Origin: an uncultured Gammaproteobacteria bacterium
Lineage (GTDB): Bacteria > Pseudomonadota > Gammaproteobacteria > Magnimaribacterales > TMED112
Direction of reading: 5' to 3'
Length of the DNA stretch: 64,000 nucleotides
NCBI GenBank assembly: GCA_913044115.1
Contig: CAJWNO010000001.1
Span: 27,452 to 91,451, forward strand
Below the pieces are notes generated by a model that was not told where the DNA came from, did not search any database, and worked only from the letters and a program-made list of their open reading frames with translations. Shown here piece after piece: positions 8,630-20,034 of this stretch; the stretch's first letter is position 1; the number at the start of each line of letters is the position of its first letter. The position numbers were made by a program, and so were the translations under genes.

Positions 8630-10844
8630 TTTTCTCTTTAGCATTAACAGTTTTCAGAATAATCTTTCCATCTTTGGCTGTTAATTTAACTGAACTTCCT
8701 CTTTTGATCTTATCCTCTATAAGCATTGTAGAAAGAGGTTTTTTGATTAATTTATCTACTGCTCTTGATAATGGTCTTGCTCCAAGTTTTGGATCAAAAC
8801 CCTCATCTAAGACCAGCTTGACTACTGCTTCATTAAATTCAATATCGATGCCCTTCTCGTTTAATTTTGCTTCTACGTCGATAATAAGTTTTTGAACCAC
8901 TGATTCTAGGCTCTTATTAGAGAGATTATTGAAATTAATTATTCCATCAAGTCTATTCCTAAATTCTGGGGTAAATGCTTTAGATACAGCTTTTTCAAAC
9001 TTGTCCTCTGAGCCTTGTTCAATAAAACCAACAGATTCACCTTCGGCTTCAACGGCACCAGTATTAGATGTCATAACAATTATTGTGTTTTTAAAGTTTA
9101 TATTTCTGCCGTTACTATCAGCCAAATTACCATAGTCCAAAATTTGCAGAAGTATGTTAAATATATCTGGATGGGCCTTCTCAATTTCATCTAAAAGTAG
9201 AACAGAATGCGGTTTTTTGTTGATTTCTTCAGTTAAGTATCCACCTTGTTCATAACCAACATACCCTGGAGGAGAACCAATTAGTTTTGAAATACTATGT
9301 TTTTCCATAAATTCAGACATATCTAACCTTACAAATTCTATTCCTAAGAAAAACGCTAGTTGCTTTGTTAGTTCTGTCTTTCCAACTCCAGTAGGACCTG
9401 TAAAAAGAAAAGAACAGATTGGCTTCTCGTCATTTCCAATGCCAGCCTTGGAGGTTTTTACTGCAGATACAACGTCATTTACAGCATGGTCCTGACCAAA
9501 TATTACAGATTTCAAGTTGTGTTCAAGATTGTTGAGATTCTCTTTACTTGATGCATTAAGTTGCATTGTAGGGATTTTTGTAATTTTAGAGATTAGTGTT
9601 TCAATGTCAGATTTTCTGATAATTTTCCCTTTGGCTTTTGATAACTTTTTTTGTGATCCGGCCTCATCAATGAGGTCAATTGCTTTATCCGGTAATTTAG
9701 AGTCTTGTAAATACTTATTTGAGAGCTCTACAGCTGATTTAAGGGCTTCTTTTGAATAAGTTATCCCATGATAGCTCTCAAACTTATTCTTTAAGCCCTC
9801 AAGTATTTGAATTGCCTCCTCTGTTGAAGGCTCATCTATCTGTACTTTTTGGAATCTACGTGACAATGAGTTGTTTCTCTCAAATATTTGTCTATATTCC
9901 TTGTAAGTTGTTGCTCCAATACACTTAATATCTCCTCTAGCTAGTGCTGGTTTTAAAAGGTTTGATGCATCAAGAGCCCCACCTGAAGCAGATCCTGCTC
10001 CAATAATTGTGTGTATTTCATCAACAAATAAAATTATTTTTTCTGTTTTCTTCAAATAATCCATCATGGATTTCATTTTTTTCTCGAAATCTCCACGATA
10101 TTTTGTACCAGCTACTAAACTTCCAACATCCAAGGACATGACTTGATGATCTTTGAATATCTCTGGAGATTTGCCCTCTGCTATAGCTTTCGCTAAGCCT
10201 TCAGCAATAGCTGTTTTACCGACGCCTGATTCACCCACTAATATTGGGTTATTTTTTCTTCTTCTTCCCAAGACTTGAAAGAGCCTGTTTAAAGTATCTG
10301 TTCTACCAATAAGAGGATCAATCTCACCATCTTTCGCTAGATTATTTAGGTTAGTTAGAAACTCTGGATGTGTTTCACTCTCTTTGGGTGTTTCTTCAAC
10401 GTTCTCTTCCGTTTCAACAGCGGTATTTTTGCCATGAGATATGTATTCAACAACATCTAATCTAGAAATGTTTCGTCTACTCAGCATATAGACTGCATAA
10501 CTTTCTTTTTCTGAAAAGAGCGCAGCAAGCAGGTTTTCCCCGTTTACTTCGGTTTTTCCGCTAGATTGAACATGAAATATAGCTCTCTGTAATACTCTTT
10601 GAAAAGCTAATGTCGGCTGTATCTCTTTGTTTTCTGCAGCTTTGGGAACATTCTTTTTGATGTATTCTTTTATTTCTTTTTGCAAGCTCTCGATATCGAT
10701 GGATAAATGATCAAATACTTTCCTTGAAGAATCCTCTTGTGTTAGAACAAGCAAAAGATGCTCTATAGTTACAAATTCATCGTTGTTATCCGAGCATTCC
10801 TTGAATAATAAATTGAGTGTATTTTCTAAGTCTTTTGAAAGCAT
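8622..10844 (-). CDS. clpA: ATP-dependent Clp protease ATP-binding subunit ClpA
   Basis: Two AAA+ modules (GESGVGKT and GPTGVGKTE Walker A). It follows clpS. Its 3' end overlaps infA convergently by 8 nt. Confidence 0.95.
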   Translation of the reverse strand: MLSKDLENTLNLLFKECSDNNDEFVTIEHLLLVLTQEDSSRKVFDHLSIDIESLQKEIKEYIKKNVPKAAENKEIQPTLAFQRVLQRAIFHVQSSGKTEVNGENLLAALFSEKESYAVYMLSRRNISRLDVVEYISHGKNTAVETEENVEETPKESETHPEFLTNLNNLAKDGEIDPLIGRTDTLNRLFQVLGRRRKNNPILVGESGVGKTAIAEGLAKAIAEGKSPEIFKDHQVMSLDVGSLVAGTKYRGDFEKKMKSMMDYLKKTEKIILFVDEIHTIIGAGSASGGALDASNLLKPALARGDIKCIGATTYKEYRQIFERNNSLSRRFQKVQIDEPSTEEAIQILEGLKNKFESYHGITYSKEALKSAVELSNKYLQDSKLPDKAIDLIDEAGSQKKLSKAKGKIIRKSDIETLISKITKIPTMQLNASSKENLNNLEHNLKSVIFGQDHAVNDVVSAVKTSKAGIGNDEKPICSFLFTGPTGVGKTELTKQLAFFLGIEFVRLDMSEFMEKHSISKLIGSPPGYVGYEQGGYLTEEINKKPHSVLLLDEIEKAHPDIFNILLQILDYGNLADSNGRNINFKNTIIVMTSNTGAVEAEGESVGFIEQGSEDKFEKAVSKAFTPEFRNRLDGIINFNNLSNKSLESVVQKLIIDVEAKLNEKGIDIEFNEAVVKLVLDEGFDPKLGARPLSRAVDKLIKKPLSTMLIEDKIKRGSSVKLTAKDGKIILKTVNAKEKIT

Positions 10845-10857
10845 ATAGTTAATATAT

Positions 10858-11181
10858 CTAATCTTTTCCTAATTCTTCAATATCTGTTTTTAAAGGATGT
10901 TCATTTTCTTTAGCAAATTGGTTTATCTGCTGAGATTTAGTTTCAGCTATCTCCTGTGAAAATGCACCACAGAACCCCCTACCCTCAGTATGCACCTGAA
11001 GCATAATTTCAGTGGATTTTGTGTGATCAAAGCCAAAAAATTTCTGTATGACATACACAACAAACTCCATTGGAGTGAAGTCATCATTAAAAAGAACAAC
11101 AGTGAACATTGGAGGCTTGTCTACTTTTAGATCTTCTTCTTGTAGCTCAACTGTTCCTGTAGAAAACTCGTCTTGTGGCAT
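10858..11181 (-). CDS. clpS: ClpS adaptor protein
   Basis: 107 aa. 'PPMFTVVLFNDDFTPMEFVVYVIQKFF' is the ClpS core motif. It lies immediately upstream of clpA. Confidence 0.93.
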   Translation of the reverse strand: MPQDEFSTGTVELQEEDLKVDKPPMFTVVLFNDDFTPMEFVVYVIQKFFGFDHTKSTEIMLQVHTEGRGFCGAFSQEIAETKSQQINQFAKENEHPLKTDIEELGKD

Positions 11182-11185
11182 TTAT

Positions 11186-12442
11186 CTAATCAAATTTCTT
11201 GATTAACAGTCTACCAAATTCAGAACAACTTACCTCTGTTGCATCATCAATAAGTCTTGCAAAGTCATATGTAACTTTCTTTTTCTGGATAGCTTTTTCC
11301 ATAGCTTTTATGATCAGATCTGCAGCCTCTACCCAACCCATATGTCGCAACATCATTTCAGCCGAAAGAATAAGTGATCCAGGATTCACTTTATCTTGTC
11401 CTGCGTATTTTGGAGCAGTTCCATGCGTGGCTTCAAATACTGCTGTTGTATCTCCAAGATTAGCTCCTGGCGCAATACCAATGCCACCAACTTGTGCTGC
11501 TAATGCATCAGAAATATAGTCACCATTTAGATTTGGTGATGCAAGAACATCATATTCGGCTGGTCTGTGTAGAATCTGTTGCAAGAAAGCATCACAAATT
11601 ACATCTTTAACGATAATATCCTTTCCGTTATTAGGATTCTTAAAGATATGCCATGGCCCTCCATCAAGTGGTTTTCCATCAAATTCATCCCTTGCTAATT
11701 CATATCCCCAATCTCTAAAAGCACCTTCAGTAAATTTCTGAATATTTCCTTTGTGAATAAGTGAAACTGAGTCTCTATCGTTCTGAATAGCATACTCAAA
11801 AGACTTTCTTATTAATCTTTTGCTACCTTCTTCAGATACAGGTTTAATGCCTATTCCACAGTTTTCAGTAAACCTAATTTTCTCAACGCCAAATTCTTTA
11901 CCTAAAACATCAATAAGTTTATTTGCCTCCGGCGTATTGGCCTCAAATTCAACTCCTGCATATATATCTTCAGAGTTTTCTCTAAATATGACCATATCAA
12001 CTAGATCTGGTCTTTTTACTGGACTTGGTGTTCCAGCAAAATATTTAACTGGTCTTAGACAAACGTATAAATCTAGCTTTTGTCTAATTGCAACATTCAG
12101 TGATCTTATTCCGCCACCAACTGGAGTAGTTAATGGCCCTTTTATAGAAACGTTATATTCCTTACAGGCATCAAGGGTTTCTTGTGGCATCCATTCATCA
12201 CCACCGTAAACATCTACTGCTTTTTCTCCACAGTAAATTTCCATCCAACTGATTTCTCTTTTGCCTTTGTAGGCTGATTGAACAGCTGCATTCACAACAT
12301 CAATCATGACAGGTGTAATATCTACACCAATACCATCACCTTCAATGAAAGGTATGATTGGATTATCAGGTACAATTAATTGATTATCTTTGTAAGTTAT
12401 CTTTTCGCCTTTTGCTGGAATTTTGATTTTTGATGAAGTCAT
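11186..12442 (-). CDS. icd: NADP-dependent isocitrate dehydrogenase (homodimeric type)
   Basis: 418 aa. '[24 protein letters not shown]' matches the E. coli Icd segment that contains the AceK-target serine. Confidence 0.93.
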   Translation of the reverse strand: MTSSKIKIPAKGEKITYKDNQLIVPDNPIIPFIEGDGIGVDITPVMIDVVNAAVQSAYKGKREISWMEIYCGEKAVDVYGGDEWMPQETLDACKEYNVSIKGPLTTPVGGGIRSLNVAIRQKLDLYVCLRPVKYFAGTPSPVKRPDLVDMVIFRENSEDIYAGVEFEANTPEANKLIDVLGKEFGVEKIRFTENCGIGIKPVSEEGSKRLIRKSFEYAIQNDRDSVSLIHKGNIQKFTEGAFRDWGYELARDEFDGKPLDGGPWHIFKNPNNGKDIIVKDVICDAFLQQILHRPAEYDVLASPNLNGDYISDALAAQVGGIGIAPGANLGDTTAVFEATHGTAPKYAGQDKVNPGSLILSAEMMLRHMGWVEAADLIIKAMEKAIQKKKVTYDFARLIDDATEVSCSEFGRLLIKKFD

Positions 12443-12508
12443 AGCTAAAAATTTGGCTTGATTATACTTACATTTGCATTAAATATTAAGACTCTTAAGA
12501 CAATAAGT

Positions 12509-13645
12509 ATGGGAAAACAGAAAAAAGTAATTGTAGGTGTCTCCGGAGGAGTTGATTCTTCCGTAACAGCATTGCTACTTAAATCAGCAGGATATGACGT
12601 TCAAGGCATTTTTATGAAGAATTGGACCAACAATGCTCCTAATATTGAATGTACATCTGAGGAGGATTTTGCAGACGCTGAAAAAGTTTGCGACCAAATT
12701 GGCATTCCACTTCATCTCGCAAATTTTTCTGCAGATTATTGGGACAAAGTTTTTAAGAAGTTTCTCTCTGATCACCACGCTGGTTTAACACCTAATCCAG
12801 ATATTCTTTGCAATAAAGAGATAAAGTTTGGTGCATTTTTAGATTATTGCTTAGAAACAGGTGCTGACTATATTGCTACAGGCCATTATGCAAGAGTTGG
12901 AGTTGACAATGATGCAAGATTATTAAGAGGTCTCGATAGTTCAAAAGATCAATCATATTTTTTACACCAAGTAAGTGGCGTAGATTTAAGAAAAACGCTT
13001 TTTCCTTTAGGGGAATTAACTAAAGATCATGTCAGAAAGATCGCCAAAGATAACAAACTAATAAATGCTGAAAAGAAAGATTCAGTTGGAATATGCTTTA
13101 TAGGTAAAAATAATTACAACGATTTCATATCAAATTTCTTAGGTAAAAAACCTGGAATTATTGTTGATGACAAAGGCGTTAAGCTAGGCGAGCACCAAGG
13201 ACTCATGTATTTCACATTAGGCCAGAGGCAAGGCATAGGAATTGGTGGTGTTAAAGGCAGAGATCAAAACTCTTGGTATGTTGCCCATAAAGATCAAAGT
13301 AGTAATGAGTTAATAGTTGTACAAGGCGGTGATCATGAGCTTCTTTTCAGTATTGGTTGTTATACAGAAAGCATGCATTGGGTAAATGAGGAGATAAAAG
13401 ATGGCTCAGATTGCGAGGTTCAAATTCGGTATCAATCTGAACCTATAAAAGCCAAAATCTACAAAACCTCTAAGGGCAATAAGATTATGTTTAATGAGGA
13501 AATATCAGCTGTTACACCTGGACAGTCAGCTGTAGTTTATCAAGGTGATGAATGTCTGGGAGGTGCAGTTATAAGAGAAAGAATTTCAGAAAAATACTAT
13601 AGCTGGGCAGAAAATAGAGGGTATAATTACGAAGTCTATGAATGA
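12509..13645 (+). CDS. mnmA: tRNA 2-thiouridine(34) synthase MnmA
   Basis: PP-loop 'VGVSGGVDSS'. I prefer the start at ATG 12509 (MGKQKKVIVGV) to the track's TTG 12458. Its 3' end overlaps purB by 8 nt. Confidence 0.9.
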   Translation: MGKQKKVIVGVSGGVDSSVTALLLKSAGYDVQGIFMKNWTNNAPNIECTSEEDFADAEKVCDQIGIPLHLANFSADYWDKVFKKFLSDHHAGLTPNPDILCNKEIKFGAFLDYCLETGADYIATGHYARVGVDNDARLLRGLDSSKDQSYFLHQVSGVDLRKTLFPLGELTKDHVRKIAKDNKLINAEKKDSVGICFIGKNNYNDFISNFLGKKPGIIVDDKGVKLGEHQGLMYFTLGQRQGIGIGGVKGRDQNSWYVAHKDQSSNELIVVQGGDHELLFSIGCYTESMHWVNEEIKDGSDCEVQIRYQSEPIKAKIYKTSKGNKIMFNEEISAVTPGQSAVVYQGDECLGGAVIRERISEKYYSWAENRGYNYEVYE

Positions 13646-14978
13646 CGCCCTTAACAACCTATCCCCCCTGGATGGTCGATATCGAGAAAAAACCCAAGAT
13701 ACCCGCGCAAATTTTTCTGAAAGTGCGCTCATAAAAGCTCGACTAATAGCAGAAATTGAATGGTTGGATTATTTTCTTACCAATTTCAAACCTGAGTGGA
13801 GAGACCCTGAGACAACCAATAAAATTCAAGAATTATCAAAAAATATACCCGATAGCTTGGTTGAAAAGGTTAAAGAAATTGAGAAAACAACAAACCATGA
13901 TGTTAAAGCAGTTGAATTTGCGCTAGCAGAGGAATTCAAACACTCAGAATCAGTCCAAGCTTCTTTACATATTTTCTTAACTTCGGAGGATATAAATAGT
14001 TTGAGTTACGCCTTGATGTTAAAAAAATCTCATAACAAATTATTAAAGTGGGTTGAGGAAATAATTGCTGCATTAGAGTCTTTAGCTAGCGAAAATAAAA
14101 ATATCGCAATGATGGCAAGGACTCATGGTCAACCTGCCTCCCCTACTACGCTCGGTAAAGAAATTAACGTATTTGTAGCAAGGCTAAAGAAAGAGCATGC
14201 AACACTTTCTAAAGCGAAGTTTTATGCAAAATGGGGCGGTGCAACAGCTAACTATAATCCTCATAGTGTTGCATTTCCGCAAGAAAATTGGGTTGAGCAT
14301 TCAAAAAAATTCCTTAATCATCTCGATATAGAGCTGACCGTTGTATCCACTCAAATTGAACCACACGATTATATGTCTGAGATTTTCCATAATATCCTCA
14401 GAATTAATAACATACTTATAGATTTAACCAGAGATATATGGAGCTATATTTCTCTCGATTATTTCTCACTGAAAATGAACAAAAATGAAGTAGGTTCATC
14501 CACGATGCCACACAAGGTTAACCCCATAGATTTTGAAAATGCTGAAGGTAATATTGGTTTATCCAATGCACTGCTTTCTCATCTTGCTGAAAAGCTTCCA
14601 GTTTCAAGGCTTCAAAGAGACCTTTCTGACTCTACGGTACTTAGAAATATTGGATCTGCTTATGGGTACATGGAAATTGCAACTAAATCTGCACTCAAAG
14701 GACTTGAAAAGCTTGAAGCCAATACAGATGTAATAAGTAGAGATCTCGAGGATAGGTATGAGTTGCTTGCAGAAGCTTTACAAAGCTTCATGAGGCTGGA
14801 AGGCAAGAAAGATGGTTATGACCAGGTTAAACAGTTATCACGAGGCCAAAAAATGAACAAAGACATGTATTTAAAAGCAGTTGAAGAGTTGATTGATAAT
14901 GAGGAATACAAAGCTATTTTGAGTAGTCTTACGCCTTCAAAATACATAGGTATAGCAGCTAGTCTTGCTGAAGAATAA
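13638..14978 (+). CDS. purB: adenylosuccinate lyase
   Basis: Fumarate-lyase signature 'GSSTMPHKVNPIDFEN'. 446 aa. Confidence 0.92.
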   Translation: MNDALNNLSPLDGRYREKTQDTRANFSESALIKARLIAEIEWLDYFLTNFKPEWRDPETTNKIQELSKNIPDSLVEKVKEIEKTTNHDVKAVEFALAEEFKHSESVQASLHIFLTSEDINSLSYALMLKKSHNKLLKWVEEIIAALESLASENKNIAMMARTHGQPASPTTLGKEINVFVARLKKEHATLSKAKFYAKWGGATANYNPHSVAFPQENWVEHSKKFLNHLDIELTVVSTQIEPHDYMSEIFHNILRINNILIDLTRDIWSYISLDYFSLKMNKNEVGSSTMPHKVNPIDFENAEGNIGLSNALLSHLAEKLPVSRLQRDLSDSTVLRNIGSAYGYMEIATKSALKGLEKLEANTDVISRDLEDRYELLAEALQSFMRLEGKKDGYDQVKQLSRGQKMNKDMYLKAVEELIDNEEYKAILSSLTPSKYIGIAASLAEE

Positions 14979-14980
14979 AT

Positions 14981-16552
14981 ATGAAGTTTAATTTTGATAC
15001 TCCAGAAAATGCTCAAATTATCTTTTCAGATGAAGCAAATAAATTTGTCCAAGATTTGCACAGTAAATTCGGAACCAAGATTCTTGATTTGTTAGATGAA
15101 AGAGTAAAAAACCAAGCTGAGTACAATGCAGGCAAACTTCCAAATTTTCTTGATGAAACAAAAGAAATAAGAAATTCTGACTGGCAAGTTAGAGACATAC
15201 CAAATGATTTGAAAGATAGGCGTGTAGAGATCACAGGGCCAGTTGACAGAAAAATGATCATTAACGCCTTGAATGCTGATGTAAAAGTTTTTATGGCTGA
15301 CTTTGAGGATTCTTTAAGCCCCACTTGGGAAAACGTGGCAAACGGTCAATTAAACATGCATGACGCCGTTCGTAAAACAATCACATTTGAGAATCCATTG
15401 AATGGGAAGAAATATCAACTTAACGATGAAACAGCAGTTTTAATGTGTAGGGTAAGAGGCTTACATCTTGAAGAAAAAGGCATTGAAATAAACGGTTCAA
15501 ATCCATCAGGTTGTTTGTGTGATTTTGGTTACTATTTATTTCATAATGCCAAAGAGTTAGTCAATAGAGGTACTGGACCATATTTCTATATTCCAAAACT
15601 TCAGAATCATCATGAAGCTAGACTTTGGAATGAAGTAATTAATTATGCTGAGGACCAATTAAATCTACCCAGAGGCACTGTAAGGGTCACTTGTTTAATT
15701 GAAACTCTTCCAGCAGTTTTCGAGATGGATGAAATCCTTTACGAATTAAAAGATCATATAGTTGGTTTGAACTGTGGAAGATGGGACTATATTTTCAGCT
15801 ATATTAAAACTTTTCAGAACGATAAAAGCAGACTTCTTCCTGATAGGTACCAAGTAGGTATGGACAAACCTTTTTTGAATGCGTACTCCAGATTGCTAAT
15901 ACAGACATGTCACAATAGAGGAGCATTTGCTATGGGAGGGATGGCAGCTCTGATTCCATCTAAAGATCCAAGTGAGAACGCGATTGTCACTGAAAAAGTT
16001 TTAAGCGATAAAACACTGGAAACTCAGAATGGTCACGATGGAACATGGATTGCTCACCCTGGATTAGCTGACATCGCTAATAATGTCTTTTCCAATGCAT
16101 TTGAGTTTGATCAAACCAATCAACTGCATGTACTCAGGGAGAACGATGTAATTACCCAAAATGACTTAATTGAGCCTTGTGAGGGTAATTTTACAGAACA
16201 TTGTTTTAGAACCAATATTAGAGTTTCTCTCAGGTATATCGAGGCATGGTTGCGTGGTGTAGGTTGTGTGCCGATCTATGGCCTTATGGAGGATGCTGCA
16301 ACAGCTGAAATATCCAGAAGCTCATTGTGGCAATGGATCAAGCATAACGTTGAGTTAGATACTGGACTTATGTCTGATAAAGAGACGTTTGAAAAACTTT
16401 TAGAGGAAGAATACAATGTTGTCTTAGAAGAGGTTGGGCAAGACTCTTTGAATTCAGGGAAGTTCGTCGAGGCTAAAACTTTGTTAAAAGATTTAGTTTT
16501 GAGCGATGAATTAACTGATTTCCTCACACTGCCCGCATATAGGAGTATTTAA
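14981..16552 (+). CDS. aceB: malate synthase A
   Basis: 523 aa of malate synthase A length and pattern ('VEITGP.DRKM.INALN', '[12 protein letters not shown]'). It lies directly upstream of isocitrate lyase. Confidence 0.9.
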   Translation: MKFNFDTPENAQIIFSDEANKFVQDLHSKFGTKILDLLDERVKNQAEYNAGKLPNFLDETKEIRNSDWQVRDIPNDLKDRRVEITGPVDRKMIINALNADVKVFMADFEDSLSPTWENVANGQLNMHDAVRKTITFENPLNGKKYQLNDETAVLMCRVRGLHLEEKGIEINGSNPSGCLCDFGYYLFHNAKELVNRGTGPYFYIPKLQNHHEARLWNEVINYAEDQLNLPRGTVRVTCLIETLPAVFEMDEILYELKDHIVGLNCGRWDYIFSYIKTFQNDKSRLLPDRYQVGMDKPFLNAYSRLLIQTCHNRGAFAMGGMAALIPSKDPSENAIVTEKVLSDKTLETQNGHDGTWIAHPGLADIANNVFSNAFEFDQTNQLHVLRENDVITQNDLIEPCEGNFTEHCFRTNIRVSLRYIEAWLRGVGCVPIYGLMEDAATAEISRSSLWQWIKHNVELDTGLMSDKETFEKLLEEEYNVVLEEVGQDSLNSGKFVEAKTLLKDLVLSDELTDFLTLPAYRSI

Positions 16553-16553
16553 A

Positions 16554-17834
16554 ATGAATTTAAGTGACCAAGTCGCTGCATTAGAGAAAGATTGGGCTGA
16601 GAATCCAAGGTGGAAGCATGTCAAAAGACCTTATTCAGCCGAAGAAGTTGTTAAATTAAGAGGTTCATTGCAACCTGAATGTACATTAGCCAGAAAAGGA
16701 GCTGAAAAGCTCTGGAACTACTTATTTACAGAGGATTATATAAATTGTTTGGGAGCTCTTACTGGTGGTCAAGCTGTTCAACAAGTAAAAGCTGGCGTAA
16801 AAGCAATTTATCTTTCAGGCTGGCAGGTTGCTGCGGATAATAATTCCGCTGGTACTATGTACCCAGATCAGTCCCTATATCCAGTTGATTCAGTACCAAA
16901 AGTTATAACAAGAATAAATAACGCGTTTAGAAGAGCAGATCAAATCGAATGGATGAATACCAATGGTGAGCCCAAAGTTGATTTTTTTGCCCCTATTATT
17001 GCCGACGCTGAAGCGGGCTTTGGTGGGAATCTTAATGCCTTTGAATTAATGAAACGTATGATTTCTGCTGGAGCTGCAGGAGTTCATTTTGAGGATCAAT
17101 TAGCAAGTGTAAAGAAATGCGGCCACCTAGGTGGAAAAGTTCTTGTCCCTACACAGGAAGCAGTTCAGAAGCTTATTGCAGCTAGACTGGCTGCAGATGT
17201 TTCAGGCACACCAACAATACTCATTGCAAGAACAGATGCTGATGCAGCAGATCTGGTGACTTCTGATGTCGATGAAAATGACAAGCCATTCTTGACTGGC
17301 GAAAGAACATCTGAAGGCTTCTTTAGAAGCAATGCTGGCTTAGATCAGGCTATAGCTAGAGGTTTAGCTTATGCACCTTATTCTGATTTAGTATGGTGTG
17401 AAACATCAAAACCAGATTTGGATCAAGCAAAAACCTTTGCTGAAGCAATCAAGAAAGACCATCCTGAAATAATGTTGGCATATAACTGCTCCCCTTCTTT
17501 CAATTGGAAAAAGAACCTCGACGATGCAACTATTGCTAAGTTCCAAAAAGAGCTTGGTGCGATGGGCTATAAGTTTCAATTTATTACTTTAGCCGGCATT
17601 CATTCTATGTGGCACGGTATGTTTAACTTAGCAAATGAATATGTTGCAGATGGTATGACTGCTTACGTGAAACTACAGGAAAAAGAATTCGAAGACGCCA
17701 AGAAAGGTTACACTTTTGTTTCTCATCAACAAGAAGTTGGTACAGGTTACTTTGACGCTGTAAACAATTGTATCCAAGGAGAAGAAAGTTCAACTTCTGC
17801 ACTCAAAGGATCAACAGAAGAAGACCAGTTCTAA
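16554..17834 (+). CDS. aceA: isocitrate lyase
   Basis: ICL signature 'KKCGHLGGK'. 426 aa. Confidence 0.95.
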   Translation: MNLSDQVAALEKDWAENPRWKHVKRPYSAEEVVKLRGSLQPECTLARKGAEKLWNYLFTEDYINCLGALTGGQAVQQVKAGVKAIYLSGWQVAADNNSAGTMYPDQSLYPVDSVPKVITRINNAFRRADQIEWMNTNGEPKVDFFAPIIADAEAGFGGNLNAFELMKRMISAGAAGVHFEDQLASVKKCGHLGGKVLVPTQEAVQKLIAARLAADVSGTPTILIARTDADAADLVTSDVDENDKPFLTGERTSEGFFRSNAGLDQAIARGLAYAPYSDLVWCETSKPDLDQAKTFAEAIKKDHPEIMLAYNCSPSFNWKKNLDDATIAKFQKELGAMGYKFQFITLAGIHSMWHGMFNLANEYVADGMTAYVKLQEKEFEDAKKGYTFVSHQQEVGTGYFDAVNNCIQGEESSTSALKGSTEEDQF

Positions 17835-17856
17835 GGCTCATTATATTAAATATTTT

Positions 17857-17882
17857 AAGGGTTACTTCGGTAACCCTTTTTT
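17857..17882 (+). terminator. rho-independent terminator after aceA
   Basis: aagggttac-ttcg-gtaaccctt, a perfect 9-bp stem with a TTCG loop, followed by a T6 run. Confidence 0.85.
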
Positions 17883-17895
17883 ATATAGTACATAT

Positions 17896-17973
17896 ATGGA
17901 TACAGGATTTTTAATAGGCTTGATAGTTCTTTTGGGCGGTGGTTACATAGTTATAACTCGAAAAAAGAAATAA
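17896..17973 (+). CDS. candidate 25-aa single-TM peptide (MDTGFLIGLIVLLGGGYIVITRKKK)
   Basis: ATG..TAA ORF not in the track. It has a hydrophobic core and a KKK tail. No clear SD. Speculative. Confidence 0.2.
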   Translation: MDTGFLIGLIVLLGGGYIVITRKKK

Positions 17974-17978
17974 GTTAT

Positions 17979-18167
17979 TTATTTTACCCAACCAAAAATA
18001 AAAGGGAGCAATAAGGGCAGCAAAAGCACCACCGCATAAAGAGTGAAAGCACCATTTCTAGACATTTTCGTACCTAACAATTTACGAATTTTTAATGAAA
18101 GTGAGCCAAATATCAACCAAAAACCAACAATAAATAAGGTTAGATAGAGAGCTTCTAAGTTTGTCAT
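17979..18167 (-). CDS. hypothetical small membrane protein (two predicted TM helices)
   Basis: 62-aa ORF with two hydrophobic stretches. No family recognised. Confidence 0.35.
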   Translation of the reverse strand: MTNLEALYLTLFIVGFWLIFGSLSLKIRKLLGTKMSRNGAFTLYAVVLLLPLLLPFIFGWVK

Positions 18168-18211
18168 TAGATATATTTTACAAAGAAATTAAGTAAATTT
18201 ATTATACATAA

Positions 18212-20032
18212 GTGCACTATTTAAAAAGACCCCTAGTCGTCTCATATGCTTTATTGCTTATAGCATGTGGTGGAGGTGGTGGTTCAAGTAATGAGACCAC
18301 ACCTGAATCAATACCCTTAACAATAAATGTGAGTAATTTTGATTCTAATGTTAGAAGTTATGAGCCAAAAACAATTACTATTTCAGCGAATTATAACTGC
18401 TCTTTTAATCTTTCAAGCCCCGATATATATTGGGTTACATCATCAGACAATAAAACGTTTTCATACAGAGCTCCTATTACCTTGCTTGAAGAAGAGCAAT
18501 TCAACATAACCGTAAGCTCTGTGCCTGCAGCTAATTGCCCTTCTGGCTCAAAAATTTTTACTCATAACGTTTCCAGAGAAGCCAACACATTAAGATATGT
18601 ACCTGATCCAGAACCTTACAACTACAGTGATTTAAAAACTGACTATTTTGCCTCACATGACTTGGGTTTTGGTGGCATGAGAATTACAGATAGATTTACA
18701 GCGACAATTTGTTACCCCACACCTGAAGATTGCGAAACATGGGAGAACGAGTTGTTTGGTCAAGATGCTCATAACATGGCTACAGGTGATTTCAATGGTG
18801 ATGGATATGAGGATATGGTAGTAGCATGGGCATTATTTCCACATACTATCGATCTTGATCAAAAGGTAAATGCACCAGTAAATATCTATTTAAATGATGG
18901 TAATGGAAATCTTTATGAAGATCTTTCAATTTATGAAAATGGTGAAGTTCCAACTCACCCCTTTGCATATAGATTAGCAATTGCTGATTATAACGGAGAC
19001 GGCATTGATGATATTTTTGCAGGGTCTATGGGATTGCAATATCGTGATCCAGATTACTCAAATAACTTTATACTGCCCTACCCTGACCTTCTGCTTTTAA
19101 GTAACTCTGAAGGAATATTTGTTGAGTCATCAGCCAATATTGATGACCAAAATAATGGCGAGGGAAAACTATGTGGTTTTAGTCATGACTCAAGTTCAGG
19201 GGATTTTGACAACGATGGTGATATTGATATTTTTGCCTGCAATATCTTATTAGTTAATGATGGTTCAGGAAACTTTTCTTTTCATGATTATCTAGAAAGA
19301 AACCATCAATTTGCCTACGGCAACCCCATGAGTAGTTTAGTAGTAGATCTTAATAACGATGATTTTGATGATTTAGTTTTCTGGAATTTTGATAACCGTT
19401 GGAACTTTGAGAATCTTCCAGAGGATGGTTTTGTTTTCTTGAGTGATGGAACAGCTAATCTCGAGAATTGGACCCTAACAGAATTACCAATTGGTCCTTT
19501 CGGCAGAAATCATAATAAATATAACCATGCTGCTTGGGGTGACATAAATAACGATGGCAATAACGACATTGTTGTAGCAGTTACAAGGGATTTGCCTTAT
19601 TACGAGGGGGCATATATTCAGGTTCTTTTAGGCGATGGCACAGGCCTCATGACAGATGTAACTGCTTCTAACTTTAGCAATCAACCAAGATCTGATAGTC
19701 ATCATGGAGAAGGCAACATATATCTCAGAGACTATGATGACGACGGCGATATCGATATCTTCCATTCGACTCGAGACTTTTTATCTGACCTACATGGTGC
19801 CCATATTGCCCTAAATGATGGTGCAGGGAATTTTTCGTCAGTGGCAGGAAGCATTATGCCTCAAAAACCTAAAGCCAATGAATACGATAACAACCAGTAC
19901 TTATTTAAAGGAATGCCTATAAATCTTGATAATGAAGGCTGTTTAGATCTCATTTCAACAAGTGACAGTTGGATGAATGAAAGCGCAACAAAAAATTACT
20001 TATTTAGTCTTATAAATACTAGATGTGATTGA
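18212..20032 (+). CDS. FG-GAP/VCBS-repeat lipoprotein (beta-propeller)
   Basis: GTG start and a lipobox LLIAC followed by GGGGGSS. Six or more Ca-binding FG-GAP-like repeats (GDFNGDGYEDMVV, ADYNGDGIDDIF, GDFDNDGDIDIF, DLNNDDFDDLVF, GDINNDGNNDIVV, RDYDDDGDIDIF). Confidence 0.8.
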   Translation: MHYLKRPLVVSYALLLIACGGGGGSSNETTPESIPLTINVSNFDSNVRSYEPKTITISANYNCSFNLSSPDIYWVTSSDNKTFSYRAPITLLEEEQFNITVSSVPAANCPSGSKIFTHNVSREANTLRYVPDPEPYNYSDLKTDYFASHDLGFGGMRITDRFTATICYPTPEDCETWENELFGQDAHNMATGDFNGDGYEDMVVAWALFPHTIDLDQKVNAPVNIYLNDGNGNLYEDLSIYENGEVPTHPFAYRLAIADYNGDGIDDIFAGSMGLQYRDPDYSNNFILPYPDLLLLSNSEGIFVESSANIDDQNNGEGKLCGFSHDSSSGDFDNDGDIDIFACNILLVNDGSGNFSFHDYLERNHQFAYGNPMSSLVVDLNNDDFDDLVFWNFDNRWNFENLPEDGFVFLSDGTANLENWTLTELPIGPFGRNHNKYNHAAWGDINNDGNNDIVVAVTRDLPYYEGAYIQVLLGDGTGLMTDVTASNFSNQPRSDSHHGEGNIYLRDYDDDGDIDIFHSTRDFLSDLHGAHIALNDGAGNFSSVAGSIMPQKPKANEYDNNQYLFKGMPINLDNEGCLDLISTSDSWMNESATKNYLFSLINTRCD

Positions 20033-20034
20033 CT

